Below, one piece after another: positions 26,437 to 35,494 of a stretch of DNA of 64,000 bases; the stretch's first letter is position 1, and every line of letters begins with the position of its first letter. Both the position numbers and the translations under genes were made by a program. The stretch is from an uncultured Eubacteriales bacterium (GTDB taxonomy: Bacteria > Bacillota > Clostridia > Oscillospirales > CAG-272): positions 793-64,792 of the forward strand of contig URHI01000002.1 in assembly GCA_900547565.1 (NCBI GenBank), given 5' to 3'. The notes under the pieces are model-generated. The model did not search any database, was not told where the DNA came from, and worked only from the letters and a program-made list of their open reading frames with translations.

Positions 26437-26676
26437 CATTATTCATGCGTGATCATTATTCGGTATATAAAAAATCATCGAAGCACAGACCGTTTTCACC
26501 GATAAAATGAAGGCGGTATTCCAAAAGCGGGCGCTCCAATGGCTCTCTGTGGCGGAAGAGCTTCGGCCTGAGCACCGGAGAATGCAGTAAGATTGACGCG
26601 CTGGGGGACAGTGTCGGCGAACAAACCTTCGCTTTTCCCTACCCACAAGCACCCGGGGCTCTTTCTGCCGCAGTTT

Positions 26677-27039
26677 TTACCGAATTTCCAGGTTGCCGCT
26701 GGAACTGCTGACTGTAATCTTGCTTTCTCCCTTGCCGAAAACATAGATCACCTTTTCTCTCAAAAGCCCCCGTTATATGAAGTCTGCACTGCTTGCCGTA
26801 TAGGCAAACACAGTGCCGCTTTCCCGGACGCTTAATTCAGCACTGTCCGATTCTACGATCTCAACATCACCGGAGCGCCAGTAGATTTCTATGCGCTCCA
26901 TTTTATCCGCCTCATAAGTAAATGCGCCGGTCAGATAGTCATCAATACCGATAGAAATATTCAACCGGCATCCTGACAGCAGTACCGCAACCAAAAAGAT
27001 CAACGGAAGTATTGCAAGTATTCTTTTACGGCTTTTCAT
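26677..27039 (-). pseudogene. Degraded DUF4097-like (putative adhesin) lipoprotein gene with an in-frame stop
   Basis: 88-aa ORF (lipobox LLSGC; IEIYWRSGDVEIVESD). Reading through its TAA at 26773..26775 in the same frame gives 31 more family-like codons (…KITVSSSSGNLEIR) before a second stop. Family members are usually >200 aa. Confidence 0.45.
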
Positions 27040-27060
27040 GAGCTCACCTCCGGATAATAA

Positions 27061-27744
27061 TTAAGACTGACCGTTTACGATCTTTGCATAGATCTCCTCG
27101 GGGATCATGGGAGAGCCGATCTGTCCCAGTAATCCTGTGTCTATAGTGCCGTTTGTGGCGTATTGCCGTCCGGCCTCCCGGACCAGCTCCAATCTCGGGA
27201 CGGTAACGACCGCCGCCTCAGGCGCGTTAAACATTGGGCTTTCCGGGACGGTGATGATGGTGTGGTTGCATGGGAACAACAGCCTGAACTGCGCTACTGC
27301 GGGTTCAAAATTATGCGTGCTGTTGGGAAATCCGCAACCGCATATCATTATGTACTTCAGGTAGGAGAAATCCGCCTGACCGACATGCTCATAGCGGTCA
27401 CCGACCTTCCGCATAGCCATGCTTGACAACGGCAGGGTACGGTCGATCAGGTTTTTAAGCATAGCGGGCATCCCATAGCCGTAAAGCGGAAAGCTGAACA
27501 GCAGAAGGTCAGACGCGAGTATCTGCTCCAGAATTGAGCGCATGTCATCATTGTGGTGGCACACACCGCCGTTTTTCATACAGGCAAGGCAGCCTGAACA
27601 AAATTCAATATGCCAATCAATGACATTAATCACCTGAATATTCTGGGGCGTCGCTTCATTCATCCCGTCCAGAAAGGCGCGGGTGATGTGCAGTGTATCG
27701 CTTTTCTCTTTTTTGGGGCTTCCGTTGAAGACAAGTATTTTCAT
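27061..27744 (-). CDS. Flavodoxin-like NADPH-dependent FMN reductase / iron-sulfur flavoprotein-like
   Basis: MKILVFNGSPKKEKSDT… is an FMN_red N-terminus. A compact Cys cluster is present: CSGCLACMKNGGVC (C-x2-C-x2-C-x6-C). Confidence 0.8.
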   Translation of the reverse strand: MKILVFNGSPKKEKSDTLHITRAFLDGMNEATPQNIQVINVIDWHIEFCSGCLACMKNGGVCHHNDDMRSILEQILASDLLLFSFPLYGYGMPAMLKNLIDRTLPLSSMAMRKVGDRYEHVGQADFSYLKYIMICGCGFPNSTHNFEPAVAQFRLLFPCNHTIITVPESPMFNAPEAAVVTVPRLELVREAGRQYATNGTIDTGLLGQIGSPMIPEEIYAKIVNGQS

Positions 27745-28132
27745 GTTCTGAGGTCCTTCCTTGAAAAATTGACTGTGTGTTTGCGCTGTAGTATCGTCTT
27801 ATAAGGTGAATTACCAGTTCCTCCAGAGACGCAGCCGCCGCAACCGCACAGACAGCCCGACAATAAACGACCGCATACGCAGTGGCAAGCAGAAAAGGAA
27901 CCATGAAGACCGCCATTCCCGTCAGCTTGTTCAGATATGTATGTACAGAAGCAAACAGGCGGTATTTTACCGCTGCGATCAGATACGCCGAAATCCTTAT
28001 AATCAATATGACCGCCACCGCATACCAGATATCGCCCGGCAGTGTATTCCAAAGATGCGGGGAGAGTCTGAACAGCATTACTGCGTAGAACAACAGGTCT
28101 GCTACAGGTATTGTAGTGGTTAATGATAAACT
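27656..28132 (-). pseudogene. 5'-truncated CDP-alcohol phosphatidyltransferase-family gene (C-terminal TM portion only)
   Basis: …VADLLFYAVMLF…VHTYLNKLTGMAVFMVPFLL… matches the C-terminal two-thirds of small clostridial CDP-alcohol transferases. The DG(x2)AR…D(x3)D start is missing. The frame opens only at 28132, where composition changes abruptly. The tail overlaps the flavodoxin gene start by 89 nt. Confidence 0.5.
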
Positions 28133-28237
28133 CTACCTCATCTCCGGAGGTAAGAAACATATCCGCGATAACTCCGTTAGCGTGGAGGATCTCTAAATCC
28201 GGAGCCTCTAGCACTTTACATATTAAGCTCTGATCAA

Positions 28238-28582
28238 TCATACACCTACCCTCCTATCTCCCCCTATAATTTCTACTATCTGTGAGGAGCCCAGCACTCT
28301 ACCAGAGATACGACCTCCCAGCTCCTCCTTAAGCTCCTCCTTAAGCTCCTCCGGAGAGAGGTTACTTGTATAAATCGTAGCCAGATTATTACTCACTCTG
28401 GTATTTATGATACTAACCATACGCTCTCTTACCCATTCGGAAACTCTTTCCGCTCCTATATCATCCACGATAAGGAGCTTACAATCCTTTACCATAGAGA
28501 GCACCTGCTCAAAATCCGGATCCTTATTATCGTAGTAATTCCTAAGATCCTCTAGGAAAGTAGGGAGGATATATAAAGCCCC
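28238..28582 (-). pseudogene. DnaC/IstB-like AAA+ helper ATPase, C-terminal fragment (remnant of a phage or IS21-type element)
   Basis: Walker B and downstream motifs are present (CKLLIVDDIGAER…, TIYTSNLSPEEL, GGRISGRV). No Walker A is present, and the frame is closed by TGA at 28583..28585. The block is AT-rich. Confidence 0.55.
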
Positions 28583-28650
28583 TCATTTTCCAGCCCTGTA
28601 TCAAAAGCCACCTTTCTATAGAAGATAATACTAAAAGTTTTGAAAGCCAA

Positions 28651-28679
28651 TTGACAAAATATGTGCTGTATGTTACAAT
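28651..28679 (+). promoter_or_regulatory. Near-consensus sigma-A promoter of the LexA-like operon
   Basis: TTGACA 28651..28656, 17-nt spacer, TACAAT 28674..28679. Confidence 0.6.
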
Positions 28680-28718
28680 AGCAAAACAAAGAGTTCTATA
28701 ATAATTAAAGGTGTCGTT

Positions 28719-29330
28719 ATGAGAGTCATGAGTGAAGAAAAATTGCAAAAGCTCGCAGAGTTTATCAAGCAGTATGCGAGAGACAATAACGGTGCTTCCC
28801 CCGGCCTTTCCGACATCATGGATCATATGGGCATGGTCAAATCCACGGCGTATCGCTACATGCTGGAGCTTGAGCGGCGCGGTGTCGTTTCATATTCCGG
28901 CAAACGAACGCTGGAGTCGGAGCAGCAAAGAAAGATGAAATGCGGATTTCGCAGGATACCACGTGTGGGAATGCTCGTCTGCGGTACGCCCGACGAGCAG
29001 GAGCAACACATAACGGGCTATCTTGCCGTCCCCGAGGAGTGGGTAGACGGCGAATGCTTCATTCTGGAAGCATTCGGCGATTCCATGACGGATATCGGCG
29101 TGGATGAAGGGGATCTTTTGTTAGTGAAAAAGACCGGATCAGCGCTTGACGGACAGGTCATCGTGGCGCTGACCAAGGACGGCAACACGCTCAAACGGTT
29201 GCAATACGAAAACGGCAAGCCGGTGCTTTACGCCGAAAACAGCAGCTACCCCGACGAAAAGCGGATGATCCGCCCGACGGAGCTGCAGATTCAGGGCGTG
29301 GCGCTGAAGGTCATTAAGGATATAGTTTGA
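28719..29330 (+). CDS. lexA: LexA-like repressor (wHTH plus S24 autopeptidase) with a Cys-Gly cleavage site
   Basis: 203 aa. The S24 catalytic Ser is in FGDSM and the Lys in NTLKRL. The cleavage-site position reads VGMLVCGTP instead of the usual …AAG.P. Confidence 0.8.
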   Translation: MRVMSEEKLQKLAEFIKQYARDNNGASPGLSDIMDHMGMVKSTAYRYMLELERRGVVSYSGKRTLESEQQRKMKCGFRRIPRVGMLVCGTPDEQEQHITGYLAVPEEWVDGECFILEAFGDSMTDIGVDEGDLLLVKKTGSALDGQVIVALTKDGNTLKRLQYENGKPVLYAENSSYPDEKRMIRPTELQIQGVALKVIKDIV

Positions 29331-29357
29331 AAATCTCACCATAAGAGAGGCAGTCAG

Positions 29358-29777
29358 GTGGAACAGAATAAATATCCCCCCGCAGAACTAAAGTACGGTG
29401 AAAACCTTATTGCAATAGAATATTTCGATTTTTCCATGAGAGATGCTGACATGGGGAACCCCTACAACACTACATTCGGAGTCAGGGTAAAATCCGGGGC
29501 TTTTCAGGGGTATGCTTCATGTGAATATGACATAAAAGAATTTCGCAATTTCGTGGAACAGCTGCGGGAGATGTATGCATTCAAGCGTAACAATGTGTCA
29601 CTTTCCGAAATATATTACGGCAGCAATATTGCATTATCACTGAAAAAAACAGGTCAGATGGAAGTATCGGGTAAAATCTTTAGCGATGGAATGGATCAAA
29701 ATTTAACTTTTACTTTCAAAGCCGACCAAAGCGTGTTGTTGCCGTTTATAAAAAGTCTGGAAAATATGATTCAGTAA
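29358..29777 (+). CDS. Hypothetical 139-aa cytoplasmic protein
   Basis: GTG start 8 nt after AGAGAGG, tightly packed between the lexA-like and radical-SAM genes. I recognised no motif. Confidence 0.55.
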   Translation: MEQNKYPPAELKYGENLIAIEYFDFSMRDADMGNPYNTTFGVRVKSGAFQGYASCEYDIKEFRNFVEQLREMYAFKRNNVSLSEIYYGSNIALSLKKTGQMEVSGKIFSDGMDQNLTFTFKADQSVLLPFIKSLENMIQ

Positions 29778-29790
29778 CAGGTAGAAACGC

Positions 29791-30657
29791 ATGCACAACA
29801 TACAAGCCAAAACCATCCTCTCCGCAAAAAACGGCATAAACATTTACCGAGGTTGCACTCACGGGTGCATCTACTGCGACAGTCGGTCTGACTGTTACCA
29901 ATTTGATCACCGTTTTGAGGATATTGCGGTAAAGCAAAATGCCCCCGAACTGTTGGAGGACGCTCTGCGAAGAAAGCGCAAGCCCTGTATGGTCGGCACT
30001 GGCTCGATGTGCGACCCGTATATGCATTGTGAGGAAACGCTCGGATACACGCGCAAATGTCTTGAGATCATCGACAAGTACAATTGCGGTGCGACGGTCA
30101 TTACGAAATCGGACCGCATTCTGCGAGACATTGATTTGTTGGTGCAGATCAACCGTCATTCCAAAGCCGTCGTGCAGATCACGCTGACAACCTATGATGA
30201 GGCACTTTGCCGTATCATCGAGCCGAATGTGTGTACCACCAAGCGCCGATACGAGGTGCTGAAAGAGTGTCAGAAGCGCGGGATTCCCACCGTCGTTTGG
30301 CTCTGCCCCATTCTTCCGTACATCAACGACACCGAAGAAAATCTGCTCGGGATCCTTGATTACTGCTTTGATGCGGGCGTGGTCGGCATCATCAATTTCG
30401 GCTTTGGTGTGACGCTTCGGAGCGGAAGCCGGGAGTATTTGTATCAGAATCTGGACGGGCATTTTCCGGGAATTAAGGAACGATATATCCGGAGTTTCGG
30501 GGATTCTTACGAATGCCCGTCAGACAATTCCGCAAATCTGTGGAGCATCTTCAAAAGGGAATGTCGGTCGCACGGCGTGATGTCGGACCCGAATGAAATA
30601 TTTGCGTATCTGAACGAATACCCGGTTCAGAATCAGCAGCTCAGCCTGTTTGACTGA
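29791..30657 (+). CDS. Radical SAM protein, SplB/'DNA repair photolyase' (COG1533)-like
   Basis: 288 aa. The N-terminal YRGCTHGCIYCDSR contains a C-x3-C-x2-C motif. Its length and layout match the small SPL-related family. Confidence 0.75.
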   Translation: MHNIQAKTILSAKNGINIYRGCTHGCIYCDSRSDCYQFDHRFEDIAVKQNAPELLEDALRRKRKPCMVGTGSMCDPYMHCEETLGYTRKCLEIIDKYNCGATVITKSDRILRDIDLLVQINRHSKAVVQITLTTYDEALCRIIEPNVCTTKRRYEVLKECQKRGIPTVVWLCPILPYINDTEENLLGILDYCFDAGVVGIINFGFGVTLRSGSREYLYQNLDGHFPGIKERYIRSFGDSYECPSDNSANLWSIFKRECRSHGVMSDPNEIFAYLNEYPVQNQQLSLFD

Positions 30658-30665
30658 AAGGACGA

Positions 30666-31241
30666 ATGATGAGCGAAAACACCTTTTACACCTCCGACCG
30701 TGCAGAATGGCGTGCGTGGCTTTTGGAGCATTTTGAAAGTGAAAAAGAAATATGGTTCGTCTTTCCAATGAATGAGACGGGAGAGGCGTGCCTTTCCTAT
30801 AACGATGCGGTGGAGGAAGCGCTGTGCTTCGGCTGGATCGACAGCACCATCAAACATATCGACACTCTGCACCGCGCGCAGCGTTTCACGCCGAGAAAGC
30901 CCGGCAGCGCCTATTCACGCCCGAATATCGAGCGGCTTATCCGGCTTGACAAGCAGGGACTCATTCACCCGAAGGTGCGGGAGAGCGTTGCGGAAATGAT
31001 CAGAGCACCGTATGTCTTTCCGCCGGATATTATGGAAAAAATCGAGGCAGATCCCCTCACGTGGGAGAACTTCAAGGCATTTCCGGGAGGCTACAAACGC
31101 ATTCGTGTTGCCTATATCGACGCGGCGCGCAAACGCCCTGCTGAATTTGAAAAACGCCTCGGTAGTTTTCTTGCCAAGACGAGGGCAGGCAAAATGATCC
31201 CGGGCTTCGGCGGGATCGATAAATATTACGCAAGTAACTGA
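30666..31241 (+). CDS. YdeI/OmpD-associated family protein
   Basis: …RAEWRAWLLEHFESEKEIWFVF…EEALCFGWIDSTIKHID…RFTPRKPGSAYS… is a characteristic YdeI pattern. Confidence 0.7.
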   Translation: MMSENTFYTSDRAEWRAWLLEHFESEKEIWFVFPMNETGEACLSYNDAVEEALCFGWIDSTIKHIDTLHRAQRFTPRKPGSAYSRPNIERLIRLDKQGLIHPKVRESVAEMIRAPYVFPPDIMEKIEADPLTWENFKAFPGGYKRIRVAYIDAARKRPAEFEKRLGSFLAKTRAGKMIPGFGGIDKYYASN

Positions 31242-31260
31242 AAACAGAGGAGAATTTGCC

Positions 31261-31725
31261 ATGGAACCTGAAAAATCAGCAAGTGAAATACAAAATGAAA
31301 GGATCGCACAGATTGAAGCCGATGCCTCGTCACTGGTGGACAGTGTACGCATCGCTACATTGACTTCTGTCAATGAAAACGGATACCCTCGTACCTGTGT
31401 GATGTCGAAATATAAAAACGCGGGTTTCTCCGACATTTATTTTGTGTCATCCAAGCGCTCCGGACTAAACGGCAAGGTAACGCATTTTGAGAACAATCCG
31501 AAGGCAAGCGTTTGCTGTTTCCGTGACAGCGACAGCGTGACGCTCATCGGCAATGTAACGTTTGTGACCGACCGTAAAACGCTTGAAGGCATCTGGGATG
31601 AATCCGACCGACGCTTTTTCGGAAAAGGCATTGATGATCCGAAATTTCGTCTTCTGAAATTCCACACGCTCGAGGCAACCTTCTGGATCGGCGGAAAATT
31701 CAGAACCTGCAAATACAGGGATTGA
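31261..31725 (+). CDS. Pyridoxamine 5'-phosphate oxidase-family (general-stress-protein-26-like) flavoprotein
   Basis: IATLTSVNENGYPRTCVM…YFVSSKRSGLNGKVTHFENNPKASV…KFHTLEATFW is a PNPOx-like split-barrel pattern. Confidence 0.7.
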   Translation: MEPEKSASEIQNERIAQIEADASSLVDSVRIATLTSVNENGYPRTCVMSKYKNAGFSDIYFVSSKRSGLNGKVTHFENNPKASVCCFRDSDSVTLIGNVTFVTDRKTLEGIWDESDRRFFGKGIDDPKFRLLKFHTLEATFWIGGKFRTCKYRD

Positions 31726-31741
31726 GCTAACGGAGGAAAAT

Positions 31742-32122
31742 ATGGAATTATCAGCATTTTTCAAAAGCGTGATCGATCAGGACACGGCATCCGTTGTGCT
31801 GTGCGATCCCAAGCATACTATTCTCTATATGAATCCCGCCGCTATTCGTAACTACGCAAAACGCGGAGGAGAAAAGCTAATCGGTAAAAGTCTCCTGGAC
31901 TGCCATAATCAGCACTCTCAGAAGCTGATCAAAAAGACCGTAGCTTGGTTTGCCGAAAGTCAAGATCACAATCGCATCTTTGAATTTCATCACGAAAAAG
32001 ACAACCGCGATGTGTACACGGTTGCCCTGCGGGACGGTGACGGAACACTGATCGGGTACTACGAAAAGCACGAATACCGGTGTCCCGAAACGGCTCAGCC
32101 GTTTGATTTCGGTAACGTCTGA
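31742..32122 (+). CDS. Stand-alone PAS domain protein
   Basis: 126 aa. …ASVVLCDPKHTILYMNPAAIRNYAK…GKSLLDCHN… is a PAS-fold signature. Confidence 0.65.
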   Translation: MELSAFFKSVIDQDTASVVLCDPKHTILYMNPAAIRNYAKRGGEKLIGKSLLDCHNQHSQKLIKKTVAWFAESQDHNRIFEFHHEKDNRDVYTVALRDGDGTLIGYYEKHEYRCPETAQPFDFGNV

Positions 32123-32202
32123 AAGCCAAAAACTAAAGTGAGCCATCGGTACGGCGGTGTCCTGCCATGCCGATCGTCAGAATATAAGGAACGGGTGAAA
32201 AT

Positions 32203-32937
32203 ATGTCAATGTGGAATCCGTGGCATGGATGCCATCGGTACAGCGAAGGCTGTAAATATTGCTATATCCATAAGGGCGACGCTAAGCGCGGTGTCAACAC
32301 AGAAGAGATCGTAAAAACCGATAATTTTTACGCCCCCGTTGCCAAAACAAAAAAGGGCGAATACAAAATGAAGGGCGGGCAGACTTGTTATCTGTGCTTC
32401 TCTTCCGACTTTCTGCTGGAAGAAGCAGACAAATGGCGTGCGGAATGCTGGCAGATGATGCGAGAGCGGCAGGATATTAATTTTCTGTTTCTGACCAAAC
32501 GTATCGAGCGTTTTATGTCAGTTGTTCCTGATGATTGGGGAGACGGATATGACAACGTAACGGTATGTTGCACCGTGGAGAATCAGGACAGAGCCGATTT
32601 TCGTCTGCCCCTATTCAGCCAAATGCCTATCAAACATAAGTGCATTACGGCGCAGCCGCTTATCACGGATCTTGAGATCGAGACGTATCTTGACGGTATT
32701 GAGCTTGTCGTGGTCGGTGGAGAATCAGACCGGGATGCAAGAGTGCTTGATTATGCTTGGGTGCTCAATATCCGGGACCAGTGTGTGCGAAAGAATGTTT
32801 CGTTTGAGTTTCGTCAACTTGGCACGCACTTTCTCAAAGACGGTAAAATGTATACTGTAAATCCGTTCAACCTTTGCAAGCAGGCAAAGGAAGCGGGAAT
32901 CAATTATCAGCGGGTGTTATCATCAAAAAGTGAGTGA
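32203..32937 (+). CDS. DUF5131 / phage Gp37-Gp68 family protein (three-Cys motif)
   Basis: MSMWNPWHGCHRYSEGCKYCY is the family-defining N-terminus. 244 aa. Confidence 0.8.
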   Translation: MSMWNPWHGCHRYSEGCKYCYIHKGDAKRGVNTEEIVKTDNFYAPVAKTKKGEYKMKGGQTCYLCFSSDFLLEEADKWRAECWQMMRERQDINFLFLTKRIERFMSVVPDDWGDGYDNVTVCCTVENQDRADFRLPLFSQMPIKHKCITAQPLITDLEIETYLDGIELVVVGGESDRDARVLDYAWVLNIRDQCVRKNVSFEFRQLGTHFLKDGKMYTVNPFNLCKQAKEAGINYQRVLSSKSE

Positions 32938-32989
32938 ACTATGGCATCATTGTTTACATCTAAAAACTGCATACAATTATAAAACACTC

Positions 32990-34468
32990 CTATTTCTGAT
33001 AATCTCTTATTAAACGGACCGTTTTGTCCCGCATTTTTCTGTTACATAAGAATTTAATAAATCGTACCACCCAGAACACAGGTAAAAGCAACGGAGTATA
33101 AGTAAGGATATGATACCGCTCTTTCATAAGTCTGTACGGCGGGAATAATCGACTTAAAACATATTTTATTTTCCCCTGCTTCCGTATACCGTTGCTAACA
33201 CTGTTCTCAAATGAGCCGTAAGCTCCGCTTATATAAATGTAATGTAATATGTCCTTATCGACCGAGCCGGGATCATCGAATAAAACAGAAACCGTATCGG
33301 AAAGAAATTTGAAAAACTCATATATGCCCGCGTCTTTCATCAGGGCAACGATATATTTACTGTTATATTCAGGTTTGCTTTCAAAGTATCTTTTTATCAG
33401 ATAAAAATCCGCAAAGCTTCTCAGCCCGGCTCCCCCGTTATTATAATGTTTAAAAAAGTGAGCTGTATAATATGTGTAGAAATCCTCATCAGACATATGA
33501 TATGCGTATTCCTTGTTTTCGTCCCTTACGGCTCTTTCCCAGATATCCTTAAAAAATGAATTGCTTGCGTCCGTAAAAAGCGCTTTGTGCATCTCAAAAT
33601 TATATACCGGCTCCTTATAGTACGCATTATGTACCGATGATGGTTTTACGCTGTAATTACGCCCGGTCATTATACCGTTTACTTTTGCTTCATCTTTCTT
33701 TTGAATCAAAATGTCAATATCAGCGGCTTCACGAATAAAAGGGCTGTACAGAGCTTTAATTATAATGCCCTTGAGCGGCATATATGGTATATGCTGCTTT
33801 TCAAATTCTCCGGTTACCGTATCAAATTCCGAGCAAAGCAATAATTCGCGCTTTCTTGCATGATCGTTGTATCTCTGCCATTCCGCATATATTTCTTTCG
33901 GGATGTCGGATTTGTTGAGTACGGGAAAAACGGTAGCCGCAATGCGGTGATGCTTTGCTATTTGAAAAAGCTTTCTGTAATCAAGTGTGTCCGGCGCCTT
34001 CTGAGTGCGGGAGTGATCCAATACAGCCTTGACAAGAGAGATGAGGTACAAAAATTCGGAATAAACGGGCGGATCGTGTTGTTTTTCGGTAACGAGATTT
34101 CTTTTATTGCTTTTACGAGAGAAGTGTCTCATTGCCCTTTTATCCGTACAGGCATAGTATATGCCGTTTTTATATATGCCTTCTGCAACGGCAATGATCT
34201 GTTCCTTACGGACAAATTCGCCGGTTGTACAGTTATCACCACGTATATAATAACCGTCTTTATTTACACAAATAATACGGTGAAGCACAAGCGTTCCGTC
34301 TGCTCTGCGGAATAAAACAATGTCTTTTTTCTTAAGAGCAGCTACAACCGGAACCAAGCGTACCGAATCTTCATTTTCATTAAGAAGCGGCATCATGCTT
34401 GTGCCTTGTATACTGTGAACAGCAAAGCCGTTTTCTTTTATTACCTCATCGATCGATAAAATGCTCAT
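32990..34468 (-). CDS. Fusion protein: S24/S26-type peptidase domain plus uncharacterised nucleotidyltransferase (NTP_transf_5-like)
   Basis: The N-terminus HSIQGTSMMPLL…DIVLFRR…LVLHRII…IRGDNC is a signal-peptidase/LexA-fold Ser protease. The remaining ~370 aa are PF14907-like (…EAADIDILIQKKD…). Its start overlaps the pqqD-like stop (ATGA). Confidence 0.65.
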   Translation of the reverse strand: MSILSIDEVIKENGFAVHSIQGTSMMPLLNENEDSVRLVPVVAALKKKDIVLFRRADGTLVLHRIICVNKDGYYIRGDNCTTGEFVRKEQIIAVAEGIYKNGIYYACTDKRAMRHFSRKSNKRNLVTEKQHDPPVYSEFLYLISLVKAVLDHSRTQKAPDTLDYRKLFQIAKHHRIAATVFPVLNKSDIPKEIYAEWQRYNDHARKRELLLCSEFDTVTGEFEKQHIPYMPLKGIIIKALYSPFIREAADIDILIQKKDEAKVNGIMTGRNYSVKPSSVHNAYYKEPVYNFEMHKALFTDASNSFFKDIWERAVRDENKEYAYHMSDEDFYTYYTAHFFKHYNNGGAGLRSFADFYLIKRYFESKPEYNSKYIVALMKDAGIYEFFKFLSDTVSVLFDDPGSVDKDILHYIYISGAYGSFENSVSNGIRKQGKIKYVLSRLFPPYRLMKERYHILTYTPLLLPVFWVVRFIKFLCNRKMRDKTVRLIRDYQK

Positions 34469-34731
34469 TCTGACATCAATCCGGCAGATCGAAATTTTTC
34501 AAGGACCGACAGTACGGCATGCCGCGCCTGCTCGGGTGTTACTTCATATTTTTCAAGGAGCCTGTCAATCAAACTTTCTTCGGTTGTTTCCGACTGAAGA
34601 AGCTCCGCTATAAAAGCCGCCGTGCTGTTCATTTTGATCATTCCGGAAAACATTTGTCCGGCTTCTCCGGCGGCAACAATAATATGTTCATCGCCGTTTT
34701 TTGTAATAATGACACCGTCTTTAAACTTCAT
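34465..34731 (-). CDS. PqqD-family protein (RiPP recognition element, RRE)
   Basis: 88 aa. …MNSTAAFIAELLQSETTEESLIDRLLEKYEVTPEQARHAVLSVLEKFRSAGL… is a winged-helix PqqD pattern. 4-nt overlaps on both sides. Confidence 0.75.
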   Translation of the reverse strand: MKFKDGVIITKNGDEHIIVAAGEAGQMFSGMIKMNSTAAFIAELLQSETTEESLIDRLLEKYEVTPEQARHAVLSVLEKFRSAGLMSE

Positions 34732-35459
34732 ATTTTTTCTCCCGTCATGGTTTCATAGGATAGCCGTGCCGCCTCGGTTGATATATTGCAGCCAAGTGAA
34801 TATAACGGCACTTTATTTATCAATCTGATAATCGTTTCCACGGCTTTTTTACATTGCGCGGTTCCTTCCGGCTTCAAGGTCTGAGGATACGCCCATCTGA
34901 AGGCTTCGGAGGAGGTAACCATCTCGATGCTGTTATCACGGCTCTGGTGCAGAAAACAGATGCCGGCAATCTCAGCACTACCGTTATAACTCAGATGTTC
35001 TTTCCCGTCAAAAGGACTGCCGTATGCATACGGTATATCTCCCATAAATTTGATAAAAGGTTTATCTCCGTTCAGTATTTTGACCTTTTTGCCGAGAAGC
35101 TTGCACCATAAATCCGCATGCGTGCTTTTTCCCGTACCCGACGGCGCGGTAAACAGATATGCCTTTTCATCGCAGACAACGGCGCATGAATGGAATAGCA
35201 CAATACCGTAATCGGCGGCACGAGAGCAAAATTTCCTTAAAAACGCAAGAGATTCAAGATAATAATCCGGATATATTGCGTCGGATTTTTCTTTTTCGTA
35301 ATCTATATCACCGGTAGTGATGTCAATTTCGATATCAGTTGGGCAGGTGATCAGATAATCTGACAGAAATTTTGTCAGATTAGCATACTTATGAAACACG
35401 GACACCTTCAATCCGGCAAAGCAACAGTCGGTAATGTATTTTTGCATATCAATCCTCAT
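34728..35459 (-). CDS. HPr-kinase-related P-loop protein (putative peptide Ser/Thr kinase)
   Basis: VLFHSCAVVCDEKAYLFTAPSGTGKSTHADLW is an HprK C-terminal-domain-like P-loop. An alternative start at ATG 35447 has a better SD (GAGGA). Confidence 0.6.
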   Translation of the reverse strand: MRIDMQKYITDCCFAGLKVSVFHKYANLTKFLSDYLITCPTDIEIDITTGDIDYEKEKSDAIYPDYYLESLAFLRKFCSRAADYGIVLFHSCAVVCDEKAYLFTAPSGTGKSTHADLWCKLLGKKVKILNGDKPFIKFMGDIPYAYGSPFDGKEHLSYNGSAEIAGICFLHQSRDNSIEMVTSSEAFRWAYPQTLKPEGTAQCKKAVETIIRLINKVPLYSLGCNISTEAARLSYETMTGEKI

Positions 35460-35465
35460 TTTTTG

Positions 35466-35494
35466 AAACAGGGCGGGAATCTCCCGCCCTGTTT
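35466..35494 (-). promoter_or_regulatory. 13-bp GC-rich hairpin between the structural genes and the enzyme genes (attenuating or stabilising stem)
   Basis: aaacagggcggga-atc-tcccgccctgttt starts at the lipoprotein stop codon. It has no long U-tract on the coding strand, so it is unlikely to be a full terminator. Confidence 0.5.

Noticed and set aside
27741-28241. The 166-aa tracked ORF spanning the scar.
   Set aside because: It is a chimera. The first ~42 codons belong to the AT-rich element fragment. The rest is an out-of-frame read through the phosphatidyltransferase remnant and the flavodoxin upstream region.
28600-28718. A canonical Firmicutes SOS box (CGAAC-N4-GTTCG) at the lexA-like promoter.
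   Set aside because: I found only a lone GTTC (agagttct) and no GAAC partner at the correct spacing. The operator, if any, is non-canonical.
28094-32937. An intact prophage or integrative element, suggested by the S24 repressor, the DnaC-like gene and the Gp37/Gp68-family gene.
   Set aside because: There are no integrase, terminase, capsid, tail or lysis genes, and no flanking direct repeats that I could find. The DnaC-like gene is a fragment. At most this is a remnant plus a resident operon.
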